IMG/VR virus record: IMGVR_UViG_3300001202_000057
Coordinates: 1-64,000 of that record
Strand: one strand, 5' to 3'
DNA from: a virus
DNA length: 64,000 nucleotides
This document shows positions 63,511 to 64,000 of the stretch, in pieces. Numbering within the stretch: the first letter of the stretch is position 1; each line of letters opens with the position of its first letter. A program made the position numbers and the translations under genes. The notes beneath the pieces were generated by a model, which saw nothing but the letters and a program-made list of their open reading frames with translations, did not search any database and was not told where the DNA came from.

Positions 63511-64000
63511 AATTTAAAACATTCTGTAATACCTGGAAAATAAATATTAGGTTTATAATTATAATTTTTATAAAGTTCATGCAAACTTTTTTCTAAAAGA
63601 CAAATTTCTTTAGCTGTTTTATTTACAACATTAATTACTTTATAATTATACGGCATATTAGTTTTTCCAGAAAATCTCTTTTTTATTTTTAAATAAGTTT
63701 TACCTATTTTATAAAAAGATTCTTTTTCATTATAACAGTATATAATATAAAGTTTAAAGTTGTCAAAATTATTACTAATTTTCCCTCTTTTCTCCCACTC
63801 TTTGTCACTATATACACAAAACTTAGTTCCACATTTTTTACATCCATGTTTATTAGAAGTTAAATTAGTAGGATAAGTTTTCCAACTTCCATGTTTAGGA
63901 CAAATTATTTCTACTTTATTTTTATCTCCTAAATATGTAACTTTATTGTATAAGTATTTATTACCGTGAACTTCTTTAACTTTATTGATATAATATTTTG
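63507..64000 (-). CDS. T5orf172 / GIY-YIG-superfamily endonuclease, 5'-truncated by the window edge
   Basis: Hand translation of the - strand gives ...KYYINKVKEVHGNKYLYNKVTYLGDKNKVEIICPKHGSWKTYPTNLTSNKHGCKKCG...FKLYIIYCYNEKESFYKIGKTYLKIKKRFSG...EKSLHELYKNYNYKPNIYFPGITECFKL*. This shows a CPxHG...CxxCG zinc-finger-like head, then YIIYC...FYKIGKT...R...E..LH...F.G.TE.F. The TGA at 63509..63507 overlaps the next ATG. Confidence 0.6.
   Translation of the reverse strand, partial: KYYINKVKEVHGNKYLYNKVTYLGDKNKVEIICPKHGSWKTYPTNLTSNKHGCKKCGTKFCVYSDKEWEKRGKISNNFDNFKLYIIYCYNEKESFYKIGKTYLKIKKRFSGKTNMPYNYKVINVVNKTAKEICLLEKSLHELYKNYNYKPNIYFPGITECFKL

Noticed and set aside
1-64000. CRISPR arrays, rRNA genes, integrase/att sites, transposase-type mobile elements
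   Set aside because: No regularly spaced repeats, rRNA-like conserved blocks or recombinase motifs were seen in any frame of the supplied ORFs or in the few intergenic regions.

Overview
This window appears to be part of an AT-rich dsDNA phage genome (about 30% G+C by eye, not computed). It has two convergent arms that meet at a perfect 10-bp hairpin terminator (19435..19460).

Left arm (1..19406, + strand), tightly packed auxiliary and early-type genes:
- A six-gene amide-bond (gamma-glutamyl/amidoligase) cassette. Its first gene is interrupted by an ORF-less group I intron (683..954).
- Two PD-(D/E)XK nucleases.
- Class I ribonucleotide reductase (nrdB then nrdA).
- A free-standing GIY-YIG homing endonuclease.
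- Two metallophosphoesterases.
- A Prs-like plus NAMPT-like pair that fits the NARP1 NAD+-reconstitution anti-defence module.
- MazG, a second class-I amidotransferase and a HAD deoxynucleotidase.

Right arm (19503..64000, - strand), virion and ejection-type genes:
- A 4496-aa ORF containing a beta-prime-like double-psi beta-barrel catalytic signature (RIPT...ADFDID). This suggests a crAss-like virion RNA polymerase fused to two HExxH zincin modules behind poly-Lys linkers.
- A 1537-aa ORF with an embedded RecB-like nuclease domain.
- Several large structural proteins, an HU/IHF-like protein and Cys-rich proteins.
- A fibre/adhesin cluster (2008 aa and 1014 aa).
- Three more homing-endonuclease-type genes (HNH, GIY-YIG, and a T5orf172 gene truncated at the window edge).

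Genes lack Shine-Dalgarno motifs and are frequently coupled by ATGA/TAATG overlaps, which is consistent with a Bacteroidota host. I recognised no tRNA, rRNA, CRISPR array, terminase, portal or major capsid gene.

All calls rest on motifs read by eye from the supplied translations and sequence. No database search was run, and motif coordinates were derived by hand.
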